A stretch of 64,000 nucleotides of DNA, from sequence record MT446410.1, one strand, 5' to 3'. Under the pieces are notes generated by a model. That model had not been told where the DNA came from, made no database searches, and was given only the letters and a program-made list of their open reading frames with translations. The position numbers were made by a program, and so were the translations under genes. This document shows, piece by piece, positions 9,735-20,188 of this stretch. Origin of the DNA: Escherichia virus TH38. Numbering within the stretch: the stretch's first letter is position 1; the number at the start of each line of letters is the position of its first letter.

Positions 9735-10538
9735 TTGGCTATCGAAACTAATGCGGTAGTTATTACCGATTTAAACCCACTCTATCCTAGAGACAGGGAT
9801 TACATCTACGAAGGGGCGGCTCAAATCCGCCTCATTAAACAAACACTACAGAACACATTCCCCAATGTCACAGAGCCAGTTGATATTGATTCTGACACCT
9901 TTAAGATTATGTCAGAGAAGCTCAAGTTTACTGGTGATGCAATGGATGTTGGTGGTCTTATGATCAAGAACGTTACTCCGGGAACTGGTGACAAGGACGT
10001 TGTCACTAAAGGTCAGATGGAAGCGTTCATGAAGAACTGGATGGAGAATAAGCTCTATCGAATTGGCTCTTACTACATCACTGAAGAAGATATTAACCCC
10101 GGTGATTCTATCTCCTTAGGGTTTGGTTCTTGGGCTAAAGTGACTGGTGTCATTATGGGTACTGGTGTAGTAAACCCTGATGGCTCTGTCCCTAATGCTC
10201 AGAGAGTTGAGTTCCAAGCAGGTGGTACTGGTGGTCGTGTCTTCAATACCATTCGAACAGAGAACGTACCTTTGATGACAGTTAATGGCTCCAGCTTCTC
10301 CTTATCCAGTAACACCCACAGTCACAATATGGTATTTGGTCGTGGAGATGCTAGTGGTCATAACAGCTCACCAAACTGGTATAGTCCGGGTGGTGGTTAC
10401 AGTCAGAGAACTGATAACGACACGCATACTCATACAATCTCTGGTAGTGTAAGTCTTGGTCGTGATGATATCTCTCGTCAACCTATTAACACTTTGCCAC
10501 CATTCAGAGCAGCTCACATTTGGAGACGTATTAGCTAA
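9735..10538 (+). CDS. tail fibre-like structural protein
   Basis: 267 aa; Gly/Ser/His-rich C-terminus with HxH motifs (HSHNMVFG, HTHTISG) as in short tail fibres. Confidence 0.45.
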   Translation: MAIETNAVVITDLNPLYPRDRDYIYEGAAQIRLIKQTLQNTFPNVTEPVDIDSDTFKIMSEKLKFTGDAMDVGGLMIKNVTPGTGDKDVVTKGQMEAFMKNWMENKLYRIGSYYITEEDINPGDSISLGFGSWAKVTGVIMGTGVVNPDGSVPNAQRVEFQAGGTGGRVFNTIRTENVPLMTVNGSSFSLSSNTHSHNMVFGRGDASGHNSSPNWYSPGGGYSQRTDNDTHTHTISGSVSLGRDDISRQPINTLPPFRAAHIWRRIS

Positions 10539-10547
10539 GGAGGAATT

Positions 10548-13500
10548 ATGGCGCTGTATCCAATAAAGTCATTAGGTGCTGTAGGCGTTATCGCTGATCA
10601 GGCTCCGACAGACTTAGCTCCTAATGCTTTCTCTAATGCTATAAATGCTCGGTTTGTTGAGCAGAGAGTATTTAAGACGGGGGGCAATGCCCCTCTTTCT
10701 TATGTAGATGAAGATAAGGATTTAACCCCTCTGTCTTTCATTTCTATGCCTTTCGATTATTATAGCGCAGGTAATAGCTTTCTTGTTGTAGGTACGGATA
10801 AGAAGTTATATAAACTGACAGATGAAAGCTTGACTGATATTAGCCGTAAGGTTGCTACAGTCACTAAAAAGGCTTCTGCCTCAATTAAGATTTATCCGGT
10901 TGTTTCTCAGATTGTTCCTAAAGAATCAACCATCTCAATGAACTTCAATCAGACCAAGAATCTAGAGGTTTCTCTTCTTCCTGCTGATGCCAACAATACT
11001 GATCTTGTTTGGGAGGTTAGTAACTCATCTTATGGAAGTATTACAGTAGACCCTAGTGACTCTAAACTTGCTACTCTAACATCTTTTGAGAAAGAGGGTA
11101 ATCTTGTAGTAACTATCTCTACTGCCAATGAATCCGTAGTGGCTCAGATTGCTGTTAATATCATAGATGGTGATTCAGGCATCTTCTTGAGTCAAGATAC
11201 TGTTACAATTCGTAAGGGAGGGACTACTACTCTCACGGCTGTTACTGGCAAGACTCCTGTAACTTGGTCCAGCAGTAACGCTTCTATTGTATCCGTAACC
11301 CCTAACGCCAACTCTTTAACTGCTGTCATTACAGCGAATGGAGAAGGTAATGTAACAATCACTGCTGATAACGGGACTAAGACTGCTTCTTGTGAGATTG
11401 TTTCTATCCCTCAGATTGATAGTATCTCTTTAAGCCAGTCAGATGTTACTGTGAGTAGAGGTTCTCAGTACATCTTAACTGCTACCCTTTCTCCTGCTAA
11501 CGCCCCTAATCAAAATATTACTTGGACCTCTTCTAATCCAAATATTGCAACAGTATCAGGGACTAGTACACAAGGGACGATCAACGCTCTACTTGCTGGT
11601 TTTACTGAGATTACAGCTACCACTGAAGAAGGTAACAGAGTTGCTGTCTGTATTGTACGTGTGGATTTAGCTGGAAGGACAATGAGAACAAGTGCTATGG
11701 CATTTGCCGCTCCTGTGTCAGAGTCAGTAGAAACTCAAGAGGAAGAAGTAGTAACTCCTCCTGAAAGTGAAGAGACGGTTTATTTTGCTGAGCCTACATC
11801 CGGTATTGATACGTCAGGGATGTATGAAGGTAACAACTTCTACGACTACTCTAACGTGAATGACATTGAAGGTTTTGCAAGAGCTTCTTTACTCGCAACT
11901 CCTTTGTCATCTGTCACCTTAGATATTGTCAGCGCTTCTCTTGATGTTGGTGAAGAGATTGTTGTTACAGCCACAGCTTCTCCGGAAGGTGAGTACTCCT
12001 ATCAGTGGTCTGTTGATAAGACTGGTTATGTTTCTACAACCTCAGTTACTGGTAAATCTATCAAACTGGTTGCTCTTCGTAAAGGAGAGATTAACGTAAC
12101 TTGTACTGTTAGTCAGATGACTCAAAAAGATTACGATGCTTTTGATGACTATCCTTGGTATCATGCTGTTATCTCTAACTGTGCAGTTGCTACAACTCAC
12201 TATGAAACTCCTCAGGTAAAAGAATTCGAATCAGAATACTTTGTAGATCTTCCGGGATGGGGTGAGCAAACAGTTGTGGATAATGATGGAAACCCTTCAG
12301 TCAAGAAGTTTAACTGGAAATGTGAGAGAGTGAGATCTTTTAACAACCGTCTTTTTGCTCTGAATATGAGAGAAGCTAATGCTTCTGGTGTTACCACTAA
12401 CTATCCGCTTCGTCTTCGTTGGTCTAACTTTGCCAATGAGAACAAGGCTCCTACACTGTGGGATGACTTTGCCTATGATCGAGTTGTGTCTTCGGACTTA
12501 GCTTCTAACATCGTAGGTCAGACTCAGGCTCTAGAGAATGGGTATGCTGGTTATATTGATCTAGCAGATTCTAATGGTAGCTTGATTGATATCCTACCTC
12601 TTAAAGATTACTTGTTCGTTTATACAGAGTTTGAAACGTATATTGGTTCTCCGACTAATAACACGTACCAACCTCTAATGTTCAAGAAGCTCTTTAACGA
12701 CTCTGGTATCCTTGCTCCTGAGTGCGTGGTTGAAGTAGAAGGTAGTCATTTCGTAGTTACTCAGAATGATGTAATCTTGCATAATGGTGCAACCAAGAAG
12801 TCAATTGCATCTAACCGTGTCAAGAATATGCTGATTAACGAGGTGTGTCTGGTTAACCCTCTAGCAACTCGAGTGCACTTGCATCAGGATAAGAAAGAAG
12901 TTTGGGTTCTCTATGTAGGACCGGGGGAGCCAAAAGAAAGCTTCGCTTGTACTAAAGCTGCTGTATGGAACTACGAGTTTGATACTTGGTCTTTCCGTAC
13001 TATACCATATGCTCAGTGTATTGGTCTGGTTGATCCTCCTGTTTTAGAAAGAGGTCCAATCTGGTCTGACTTCCAAGAAATCACTTGGGATGACCCATCT
13101 ATTAAAGAACTCGTTTGGAGAAAGGATGCAACAAACTTTAGACAGAGGGTTACGATAGTAGGTTCATTCTTGAAGGGATTCTATCAAGTGGATGTAGGTG
13201 CTCTTGATTATTTCTATGACAGGCTAAATGATGTTGTTATAGAGAAGCCTCTGGAAATGAGGTTGGAGAGGACTGGTATAGATTTTGATAATGTGACTAA
13301 TGAGTGGAATCAGAAGCATATTAACAGGTTCCGGCCTCAGACAACCGGTTCAGGTACTTACATATTTGAAGCTGGTGGTAGTCAATTCTCAAATGAATAC
13401 GGACACCCACACACATCGAAGACTTATACAATTGGTGTTGACAGGCATGTCTCGGTGAGACTGAACCATCCATACCTTTTCTATAATGTTATAGATAATG

Positions 13501-13565
13501 ATGTTAACAGTAATGCTGCTATCAATGGTTTAACGATAGAGTTTGCTGTTGGCGGGCGGAGATAA
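10548..13565 (+). CDS. large virion structural protein with Ig-like (BIG2) domains
   Basis: 1005 aa; repeated Ig-like segments (VTIRKGGTTTLTAV, ITADNGTKTASCEIV, TATTEEGNRVAVCIV). Confidence 0.55.
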   Translation: MALYPIKSLGAVGVIADQAPTDLAPNAFSNAINARFVEQRVFKTGGNAPLSYVDEDKDLTPLSFISMPFDYYSAGNSFLVVGTDKKLYKLTDESLTDISRKVATVTKKASASIKIYPVVSQIVPKESTISMNFNQTKNLEVSLLPADANNTDLVWEVSNSSYGSITVDPSDSKLATLTSFEKEGNLVVTISTANESVVAQIAVNIIDGDSGIFLSQDTVTIRKGGTTTLTAVTGKTPVTWSSSNASIVSVTPNANSLTAVITANGEGNVTITADNGTKTASCEIVSIPQIDSISLSQSDVTVSRGSQYILTATLSPANAPNQNITWTSSNPNIATVSGTSTQGTINALLAGFTEITATTEEGNRVAVCIVRVDLAGRTMRTSAMAFAAPVSESVETQEEEVVTPPESEETVYFAEPTSGIDTSGMYEGNNFYDYSNVNDIEGFARASLLATPLSSVTLDIVSASLDVGEEIVVTATASPEGEYSYQWSVDKTGYVSTTSVTGKSIKLVALRKGEINVTCTVSQMTQKDYDAFDDYPWYHAVISNCAVATTHYETPQVKEFESEYFVDLPGWGEQTVVDNDGNPSVKKFNWKCERVRSFNNRLFALNMREANASGVTTNYPLRLRWSNFANENKAPTLWDDFAYDRVVSSDLASNIVGQTQALENGYAGYIDLADSNGSLIDILPLKDYLFVYTEFETYIGSPTNNTYQPLMFKKLFNDSGILAPECVVEVEGSHFVVTQNDVILHNGATKKSIASNRVKNMLINEVCLVNPLATRVHLHQDKKEVWVLYVGPGEPKESFACTKAAVWNYEFDTWSFRTIPYAQCIGLVDPPVLERGPIWSDFQEITWDDPSIKELVWRKDATNFRQRVTIVGSFLKGFYQVDVGALDYFYDRLNDVVIEKPLEMRLERTGIDFDNVTNEWNQKHINRFRPQTTGSGTYIFEAGGSQFSNEYGHPHTSKTYTIGVDRHVSVRLNHPYLFYNVIDNDVNSNAAINGLTIEFAVGGRR

Positions 13566-13570
13566 CAACA

Positions 13571-13590
13571 AGGGGCTTCGTGCCCCTTTT
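13571..13590 (+). terminator. rho-independent terminator
   Basis: AGGGGC-TTCGT-GCCCCT followed by TTTT. Confidence 0.6.
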
Positions 13591-13608
13591 ATTGTTTTGG
13601 AGGAACTT

Positions 13609-14577
13609 ATGGGTGCAGGTGGTTTTCGTAAGAATACTGGTCGCAACAACACCACACTCCCGTACAACGTTGGGTTTCTCAATAATGTACAGGACACAGA
13701 AACATATAACGTAGCCGTGTATGATGAATTACAAAAAGTTAGCACAGCTACTAACCAAATGTTCCAAGCTATAGATGAAATTCACGAAGAGATTGATGTT
13801 CGTATTAAAGCTCTTAATGCAATGAATCTACAATTTGATGAGCTTGAGAATAGAATTACTACAGAGATAGAAACAGCTATTGCAGATATCCAAACCCAGA
13901 TGGGGAACCTGTCCACTGAGGACATTTGGGATAATTCTGTTCAACCCCCTGTGAAGCTAGAAAGCACTGTATCTGGTTTTAAGACCAGCATCGAAGGTAA
14001 CACAACTAAAATTCAGACAGTAGAAGGTATTGTTAACGATCAAGGTCAAGAGATTGCTCTTGTTCAGACAGAACTACAAAATATCAACGGAAGCCTTTCT
14101 CAGTATATGAAACTCTCTGAGTATGAAGCTACGTGGGGTATTAACTCTACAGTCAACGGAAGATATGCTGGGGTCAAGTTAACTAATAATGGTACAAACA
14201 GTCAATTCCAAGTAACAGCTAACAAATTTATTGTTGGTGATGGTAGCTCTGGGAATACTCCCTTCGTGTTTGAGGGTGGGCGAGCTAGGATGGAATTTGC
14301 TGATATAAAGAATGTCAATATCACAACAGCTCAGATTGCTAACGCTAGAATCCAATGGGCACAGATCGATAACGTATCCATCTCCAATGCTCAGATTCAG
14401 AACTTGTCAGCGGATAAGATTACTGCTGGCTCTATGTGGGGTTCTAACTGGAGACTTACTGTTGGTGGGGACTTTGTTATGGGTGGCACAGGTGGGGCAC
14501 AATTGTGGATGAATGGTAACAGAATAGACTTCTACGATGGAAGCGGTGCTCTGAGAATCAGGATAGGGAGTTGGTAA
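13609..14577 (+). CDS. tail fibre / tail tip protein
   Basis: Start at ATG 13609 after terminator with RBS ggagg; coiled-coil N-part; C-part repeats NITTAQIANARIQWAQIDNVSISNAQIQNLSADKITAG. Confidence 0.5.
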   Translation: MGAGGFRKNTGRNNTTLPYNVGFLNNVQDTETYNVAVYDELQKVSTATNQMFQAIDEIHEEIDVRIKALNAMNLQFDELENRITTEIETAIADIQTQMGNLSTEDIWDNSVQPPVKLESTVSGFKTSIEGNTTKIQTVEGIVNDQGQEIALVQTELQNINGSLSQYMKLSEYEATWGINSTVNGRYAGVKLTNNGTNSQFQVTANKFIVGDGSSGNTPFVFEGGRARMEFADIKNVNITTAQIANARIQWAQIDNVSISNAQIQNLSADKITAGSMWGSNWRLTVGGDFVMGGTGGAQLWMNGNRIDFYDGSGALRIRIGSW

Positions 14578-14578
14578 T

Positions 14579-15610
14579 ATGGCATACGGAATATGGACAC
14601 AACCAGTAGGGCCGGGGCCAGCAACCCCCGCTCCCTTATTTATTGATAGCGGAAGCACTTTCCCTCAGTTCAAGAATAGTATAAGAGGGAGTTTTAACTT
14701 TAATGGGGCTGGGAGATCTTTCCCTATTAGTGGATGGGATGGCAGTGGTCAGATAGTTATTGTTCCTACCGGTTCTTTATGTTGGCAATGGGAAGTCCCT
14801 CCTAACCTAGTTCCTGATGTTTATTGTGTGAATAATATCTACGTAGAAAACAGTTCCTCTTTTAGAGTTACTCTGAATCAGAACCCCGGCAGTAACCCCT
14901 TATTTGACTGTGGGTTCAACGTATATCAAATATGGCCTAGAGCGGATAGGAATTACGGAATTACCTTTTCTAATACAGCAGACTACTTCTCGATATCTGA
15001 TAGTGGGGTCGTCGGTCAATGTATTTGGGCTTGGCAGGGGACCATAAACAATGCCCTTCAGATACCAAATATCGGTGGGTTCAATATGACCAATGCTGTT
15101 GTGTTTGCTAATTGGTCTGATGGAGGGATAGGACTATCTTATACCTCTGATGACAGGGTTATTCGTGTTTATCAGAACAGACCTTACATAAACGGCAACA
15201 CTAATGAGGGTGGTTCTGTCTTTGCGAGGGTTGCCGTATTCTGTAACGGAGCTGGTGTTCCTGAGCATAATGGAGGTTTGAATATTTACTCTCCGGGTAC
15301 CACGCAATGTGTCTTCTCTACTAACAGAACACCTTTCACTGTTGATACTTTTATAGGCTCAGGAGGTGGTAACACAGGAATGGCATACCCCATGATACCT
15401 CTTACCTCTGGAATAGGTGCAATAAAAGGACAAGGCAGTGGATGGAGATATCAGCAAATGAGATCTCACACCATGAGTGGTTCTACGATAGGAACTGGCT
15501 ATGGAAGGTATCTGTTTCAGTGGGATCAAAATTACGACCTAGGAGCTGACACTGTAGTTAATTTATCAGTTCCTGTAATAAATGCAGCTAAGGTTTTTGC
15601 TGGACTATAA
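14579..15610 (+). CDS. virion structural protein (Gly/Asn-rich, receptor-binding-like)
   Basis: 343 aa; start overlaps preceding stop (taATGg); beta-rich composition. Confidence 0.45.
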   Translation: MAYGIWTQPVGPGPATPAPLFIDSGSTFPQFKNSIRGSFNFNGAGRSFPISGWDGSGQIVIVPTGSLCWQWEVPPNLVPDVYCVNNIYVENSSSFRVTLNQNPGSNPLFDCGFNVYQIWPRADRNYGITFSNTADYFSISDSGVVGQCIWAWQGTINNALQIPNIGGFNMTNAVVFANWSDGGIGLSYTSDDRVIRVYQNRPYINGNTNEGGSVFARVAVFCNGAGVPEHNGGLNIYSPGTTQCVFSTNRTPFTVDTFIGSGGGNTGMAYPMIPLTSGIGAIKGQGSGWRYQQMRSHTMSGSTIGTGYGRYLFQWDQNYDLGADTVVNLSVPVINAAKVFAGL

Positions 15611-15622
15611 CAAGGAGATATT

Positions 15623-16405
15623 ATGGCAATTAAAATGGGTATTGAAGAACTAGACCCAATGGTTCAACAGGCTTCAAAGAAGTATGGGATTCCTGCTGCT
15701 TTGATTCATGCTGTAATCCAAAGGGAGTCTAGTGGTCGTCCTACAGTGGCTTCTGGAACTGGTCCTGTAGGTTTAATGCAGATCAGTAAAGGGTTGGCTA
15801 AAGACTATGGTTATAAGCTGGAAGATAGACTTGACCCAGCAAAGAATATCGATATGGGTGCTCGTTACATAAGAGATAACCTGAAAGCTTTCAATGGTGA
15901 TGTTAAGAAGGCAATGGTAGGTTACTCAGAAGGAACCGGTGGTGCTAAACAAATGTTCGCTGGTAAGAAAGGGTTTACTCCACAAGCTCTTGACTCCATG
16001 AACAATAAACACTTTCTTCCTTTCTACGGTGATGCAGCTTCTCAGATTGCTAACCCTATTGGAGCTTTGCAAGCTGTTCAACCAGTCAACCAATTTAGTC
16101 CTGATACTCTTGATAGAGAGAAGGCTGCTCAAGCTCCAACTCAGGCAGAAATTGCTGCTTCTAAGACTGGTGCTTTAGGTGGTAATCCAGTAGAGTTTTA
16201 CTCTGATGAAGTGCAGGAAGGGGAAGATCAGAAGCCTCAGCAGAACTTTGGTAATGCAGTATTAGGAGTAGCTGCTATGCTTGCTGGTAAACCTCCTACT
16301 TCTCAAACAGTTCAGAGGGCAAGTGCACCACATGCAGCAGGTTCTCAGTACAGTCCACAAACACAAGCAGTGCTCAGGCGTTTGGCTAGCATTGGTATAA
16401 AGTAA
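15623..16405 (+). CDS. lytic transglycosylase (SLT domain) virion protein
   Basis: IHAVIQRESSGRPTVASGTGPVGLMQI...MGARYI motif set of SLT domain. Confidence 0.8.
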   Translation: MAIKMGIEELDPMVQQASKKYGIPAALIHAVIQRESSGRPTVASGTGPVGLMQISKGLAKDYGYKLEDRLDPAKNIDMGARYIRDNLKAFNGDVKKAMVGYSEGTGGAKQMFAGKKGFTPQALDSMNNKHFLPFYGDAASQIANPIGALQAVQPVNQFSPDTLDREKAAQAPTQAEIAASKTGALGGNPVEFYSDEVQEGEDQKPQQNFGNAVLGVAAMLAGKPPTSQTVQRASAPHAAGSQYSPQTQAVLRRLASIGIK

Positions 16406-16424
16406 TAATCTTTAAGGAGGACTT

Positions 16425-17477
16425 ATGTCTTTATTTGGAAAATCAGCTTCTAGCAAAACCACAGTGGCCCCTTCCTCTCAGGTTGATGCCCTGCTGAAGC
16501 AGATTGTTGCTAATGCTCAGAATATGCAGAACAACGATCCGGGATTCATCTCCCAACAGCTGGCTGGGTTTAATGGCAATCAACAAGGTGCTCTGAACAA
16601 CTTAGCAGCTTCTACTACTCAGAAGCAATTGGCTGATATGTACACGCCTCGTACACAGCAAGGGTTAGACCAATTAAACTCTCTTGCACAGCAGTATCAG
16701 AATATTGTCAACGGTGGTGGTTTAACTGCTGATGGTGTTAATAACTTCAGTAAAGGATTGAATAGCTCGGCTCTTGCTCAAGCGACCAGTAAGGCAGCTT
16801 CCAATGTATCTCTCGGAAATGGTTCTGATTCAGGCTCTCTCCGTAGAGCTGCTGCTCAAGGTGCTGCTCTGAACAGTGCTAATACAAACTTAGCTCGTAC
16901 TATCAGTGGCAAGAATATGGGAATCAGTGCTCTTCAACAAGACCAAAACTTCCAGAGAGGTTTACTTGGTGCTCAGTCAGGATTGGCTGGACAGAATCTC
17001 AACCTAGGTGCTCAAGGTGTTCAGGCAACTCAACAAGCTATCCAGAATCAACTCATGGCTGGTAATCTACAACAGCAACAAGCCCAAGCTCAAGCTGATA
17101 TTAATTGGCAGAACGCTATTGGCTCTCAGCAGTATGGGTGGAATCAGCTTAACAACCAACTTAATGTATTAAATAGTGTAAGCCCAATGGCTGGGTATAC
17201 AATTAAGAATGCTGCTCCGGGTGTTAATACTGGACAACAGCTCCTAGGTGCTGGTATCACTGGTTTAGGTATTGCAGGTCGTATGGGTGCTTTCTCTCCT
17301 AATCAACAGACTCAGAATGCTTGGAGTTCCTATAACAACTCAGGTGGGCAATCTGGAATGGCTGGACCTATGATTGGAGGTTCTAATCTTTCTCAACAGA
17401 GAGGTCAGTCTAACTGGTTATCCACAGCAGGTAGTAATATCTTAGGTGGTGTCTTAGGGGCATTTGGAGCAAACTAA
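16425..17477 (+). CDS. internal virion protein, Q/N-rich, glycine-zipper C-terminus
   Basis: 350 aa low-complexity Gln/Asn-rich; paralogous to next gene (shared GFN.NQ..ALNNLA motif). Confidence 0.45.
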   Translation: MSLFGKSASSKTTVAPSSQVDALLKQIVANAQNMQNNDPGFISQQLAGFNGNQQGALNNLAASTTQKQLADMYTPRTQQGLDQLNSLAQQYQNIVNGGGLTADGVNNFSKGLNSSALAQATSKAASNVSLGNGSDSGSLRRAAAQGAALNSANTNLARTISGKNMGISALQQDQNFQRGLLGAQSGLAGQNLNLGAQGVQATQQAIQNQLMAGNLQQQQAQAQADINWQNAIGSQQYGWNQLNNQLNVLNSVSPMAGYTIKNAAPGVNTGQQLLGAGITGLGIAGRMGAFSPNQQTQNAWSSYNNSGGQSGMAGPMIGGSNLSQQRGQSNWLSTAGSNILGGVLGAFGAN

Positions 17478-17489
17478 AGGAGATTTGAT

Positions 17490-18458
17490 ATGGGACTTTT
17501 CGGAGGCGGGGGTAGTAAAACTACTTCCCAAATGATTCGCCCTGAATACATTCAACAGTATATTGACCAGCTTAACCAGCAGATCGGTAATACTAGTTCA
17601 GGGGATTATGTTTATCGAGATAATGTAGGGTTTAATAATAATCAGACAGAGGCACTTAACAACCTAGCACAATCTGGCGCTTTGGGCACTCTCTCACAGC
17701 AATACATGGATGCAGCAGGTCAAGGCTTGGGTTATCTAGATAATGCCTATAAAGGCTATCAGAGCCTCTCTGGACAAGGTGGGATTACTGGAGAACAGAT
17801 TGGTGCTCTCGCTGGTCAACTGTATGATGATGACGCTGTGCAAGCAGCCATTACAGCTAATAATGAACAGGTTCAACAGAACTTGGCACGTAATGCTCTT
17901 CCTCAGTTAGCTCAACAGTTTGCTGGTCAACAAGGTTCAGGTGCTCGTATGGCTAAATCTTTTGCCCAAGGTGATGCTCTGAATCAGATGCAAGGCCAAG
18001 CAACAGATATTACCAATAGTGCCTATAACTCGGCTATTAGCCAAGCTGAAAGCATCCTCTCTGGTAATCGACAGAATCAGGCAGCTGCTCTCTCTGGTCT
18101 TTCTAATATTGGTTCTAACCTTTCTAACCTAGGTCAGCAGGGTGCTAATTTGTCTCAACAGCAAATAATGAATCAATGGAATGCAGGGTTGCAGCAACAA
18201 CAGCAACAACAGAATGAATATGATAATGCCTACCAGAATGCTCAGAACGCAGCTAATTGGGGATGGCAAGATATCAATAACCAACTCGGTGCAGCAGGTG
18301 TACTTAACGGTGCTCTCGGACAAACTACAACTACTAAAACATCTGGTGGCAAAGGTGGTTTCCTTGGTGGAGCTATGAGTGGTGCAGCAGCTGGCTCTTC
18401 CTTTGGGCCTTGGGGTGCATTAGCTGGGGGTGTAATCGGTGGGTTGGCTAGTACTTAA
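17490..18458 (+). CDS. internal virion protein, Q/N-rich paralog
   Basis: 322 aa; shares N-terminal motif and Gly-rich hydrophobic C-terminus with 16425-17477. Confidence 0.45.
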   Translation: MGLFGGGGSKTTSQMIRPEYIQQYIDQLNQQIGNTSSGDYVYRDNVGFNNNQTEALNNLAQSGALGTLSQQYMDAAGQGLGYLDNAYKGYQSLSGQGGITGEQIGALAGQLYDDDAVQAAITANNEQVQQNLARNALPQLAQQFAGQQGSGARMAKSFAQGDALNQMQGQATDITNSAYNSAISQAESILSGNRQNQAAALSGLSNIGSNLSNLGQQGANLSQQQIMNQWNAGLQQQQQQQNEYDNAYQNAQNAANWGWQDINNQLGAAGVLNGALGQTTTTKTSGGKGGFLGGAMSGAAAGSSFGPWGALAGGVIGGLAST

Positions 18459-18471
18459 TTAGGAGATAAAT

Positions 18472-20121
18472 ATGCAACAGACAACTTACGCTCAGGTCAG
18501 AAGTCGTGACCCGAGAAATACTTTCTATGGTGTTAATCCGGGAGCGGCTTCGGCCTCTCCTTATATGGCTAGACCAACTCAGACAGCAGATATTTCTATG
18601 TATCAACGTCCTGCTATACCTGCTGGGCTTTCCTCTCTTGTAGGTCAAACTTCAGTAGATTATCAGAATATGTTGAATCCTGTTCAGAGTAATGGTCTTC
18701 CTTCTGATATCCCAAATGATGTACAACCTCAAGCACAACAGGATGTAACTCTTCCTGAGTTTGAGAATCAAGAAACCATGCAAGCTGCTGGACTTTCTCC
18801 TTCTTCTATTCCTCCAGAATCAGAACCTCTTCCGGTAACACCTCCTACTAAACCGTTAGAAGCTGGTCCTATGGAGTTTACTCCTTCTCAGGTTGAACAG
18901 GCACAAGGTGTGATTAATACTCTTGCTCAAGGACAAGACGCTGGTGATGGAATGACTGCTGCTACTCGTGCTAAAGATCAGGAACGTGTTAACAACGATA
19001 TCTTGCAAGTTGCGAAAGCTAAAGACCCTTCGGAAGCTTGGAACAAACTACAGAAAGAACCATTCTATCAGAACTCTAGTTTCTACACAGGTTTGATGGG
19101 TGTAGGTCTTTCCATTATGTCAGGTAAGTCTCCTATTGAAGCTTTCCAGATTGGTCAGGGAATGGCTAATCAAGATGAGACTAAGAAGCAACTTGAAGCT
19201 AACCGTGATGCTCTGATTGAACAAGGCTTCTCTCAAGACTCGATCGCAGCTGCTATTGCTAACGGAGACCCATCTCTACTGAAGATGAGAGCTGTAGACC
19301 CTGCTCAGAAAGAAGCACTGTATGCTGCTCGTGAAGAACGACAAAATGCTGAATGGGATAGACGTCAACAGATTCAAGAGCAAACTATGCGTGAGCGTGC
19401 TGATGAAACTCGTCGTGCCGCTGAAGAAAGGGCTAACATGAACTTTGAACGTCAGAAAGAGTTGATTGGTTATCGTGATAAGGTTAAGGCTGAACGTGCT
19501 GAGCAAGCTGCTCAGAGTTTTAACTTTAACCCGAAAGAAGTTCGTCTTGCTCAGAACACAGCTGAAGGTACGGTTGCTAAGCAGTGGGCAGAGAAAGGTG
19601 GCCTGTTTAACCAGTCTAACAAAGACTTGGATTTGGCTGATAAGGCTGTTAAGGATAAAGACTATCAGACAGCTCGTTCTGCTTACATGCAGGCTATCAT
19701 GAACTCCGCAAGGGCTGAAATCGGTGCTACTCGTTCTCTTACCGAAGAAGACTTAGGGCACTTTGCAGAAGACCCATCAATCTTCGTTCGTGTTGGCAAC
19801 AAGTTTGCACTGAAATCTGGATGGCGTCCTACTGACTCTGCTCTTGCTTATGCTCGTAAGCAAGCTAACGTTGGTCACACCTCTGCAATGAAAGGTGTTG
19901 CTGATGCTAAGAGAGCTACGATTGAAGCTTACATCGGTTCTGGTATGGATAAGAAGAGAGCTACTGCATTGGTTAACCGTGCAATCCCTTCTGGTGGTTT
20001 CTATGACCCTCTAGGTGTTTTCTCTGAACAAGCAGAAGAAGCAGTTGGTGGTGCAGCAACCAATCCTAAGCTTAATGGTGCTTTATCAGCTGTCGAAGAC
20101 ACTAGCTGGTTTACTCAATAA
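18472..20121 (+). CDS. internal virion protein (coiled-coil)
   Basis: 549 aa; Pro/Gln-rich N-part, charged helical C-part; structural operon. Confidence 0.45.
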   Translation: MQQTTYAQVRSRDPRNTFYGVNPGAASASPYMARPTQTADISMYQRPAIPAGLSSLVGQTSVDYQNMLNPVQSNGLPSDIPNDVQPQAQQDVTLPEFENQETMQAAGLSPSSIPPESEPLPVTPPTKPLEAGPMEFTPSQVEQAQGVINTLAQGQDAGDGMTAATRAKDQERVNNDILQVAKAKDPSEAWNKLQKEPFYQNSSFYTGLMGVGLSIMSGKSPIEAFQIGQGMANQDETKKQLEANRDALIEQGFSQDSIAAAIANGDPSLLKMRAVDPAQKEALYAAREERQNAEWDRRQQIQEQTMRERADETRRAAEERANMNFERQKELIGYRDKVKAERAEQAAQSFNFNPKEVRLAQNTAEGTVAKQWAEKGGLFNQSNKDLDLADKAVKDKDYQTARSAYMQAIMNSARAEIGATRSLTEEDLGHFAEDPSIFVRVGNKFALKSGWRPTDSALAYARKQANVGHTSAMKGVADAKRATIEAYIGSGMDKKRATALVNRAIPSGGFYDPLGVFSEQAEEAVGGAATNPKLNGALSAVEDTSWFTQ

Positions 20122-20141
20122 GACCTAAGTCCTGCCTTCTA

Positions 20142-20150
20142 TAATGTATA
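20142..20150 (+). promoter_or_regulatory. TAATGTATA promoter motif
   Basis: Exact 9-mer 38 nt upstream of ATG 20189. Confidence 0.4.
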
Positions 20151-20188
20151 TAGGGGGTAGGACATTTTTATTTATAAAAGGAGACGTT

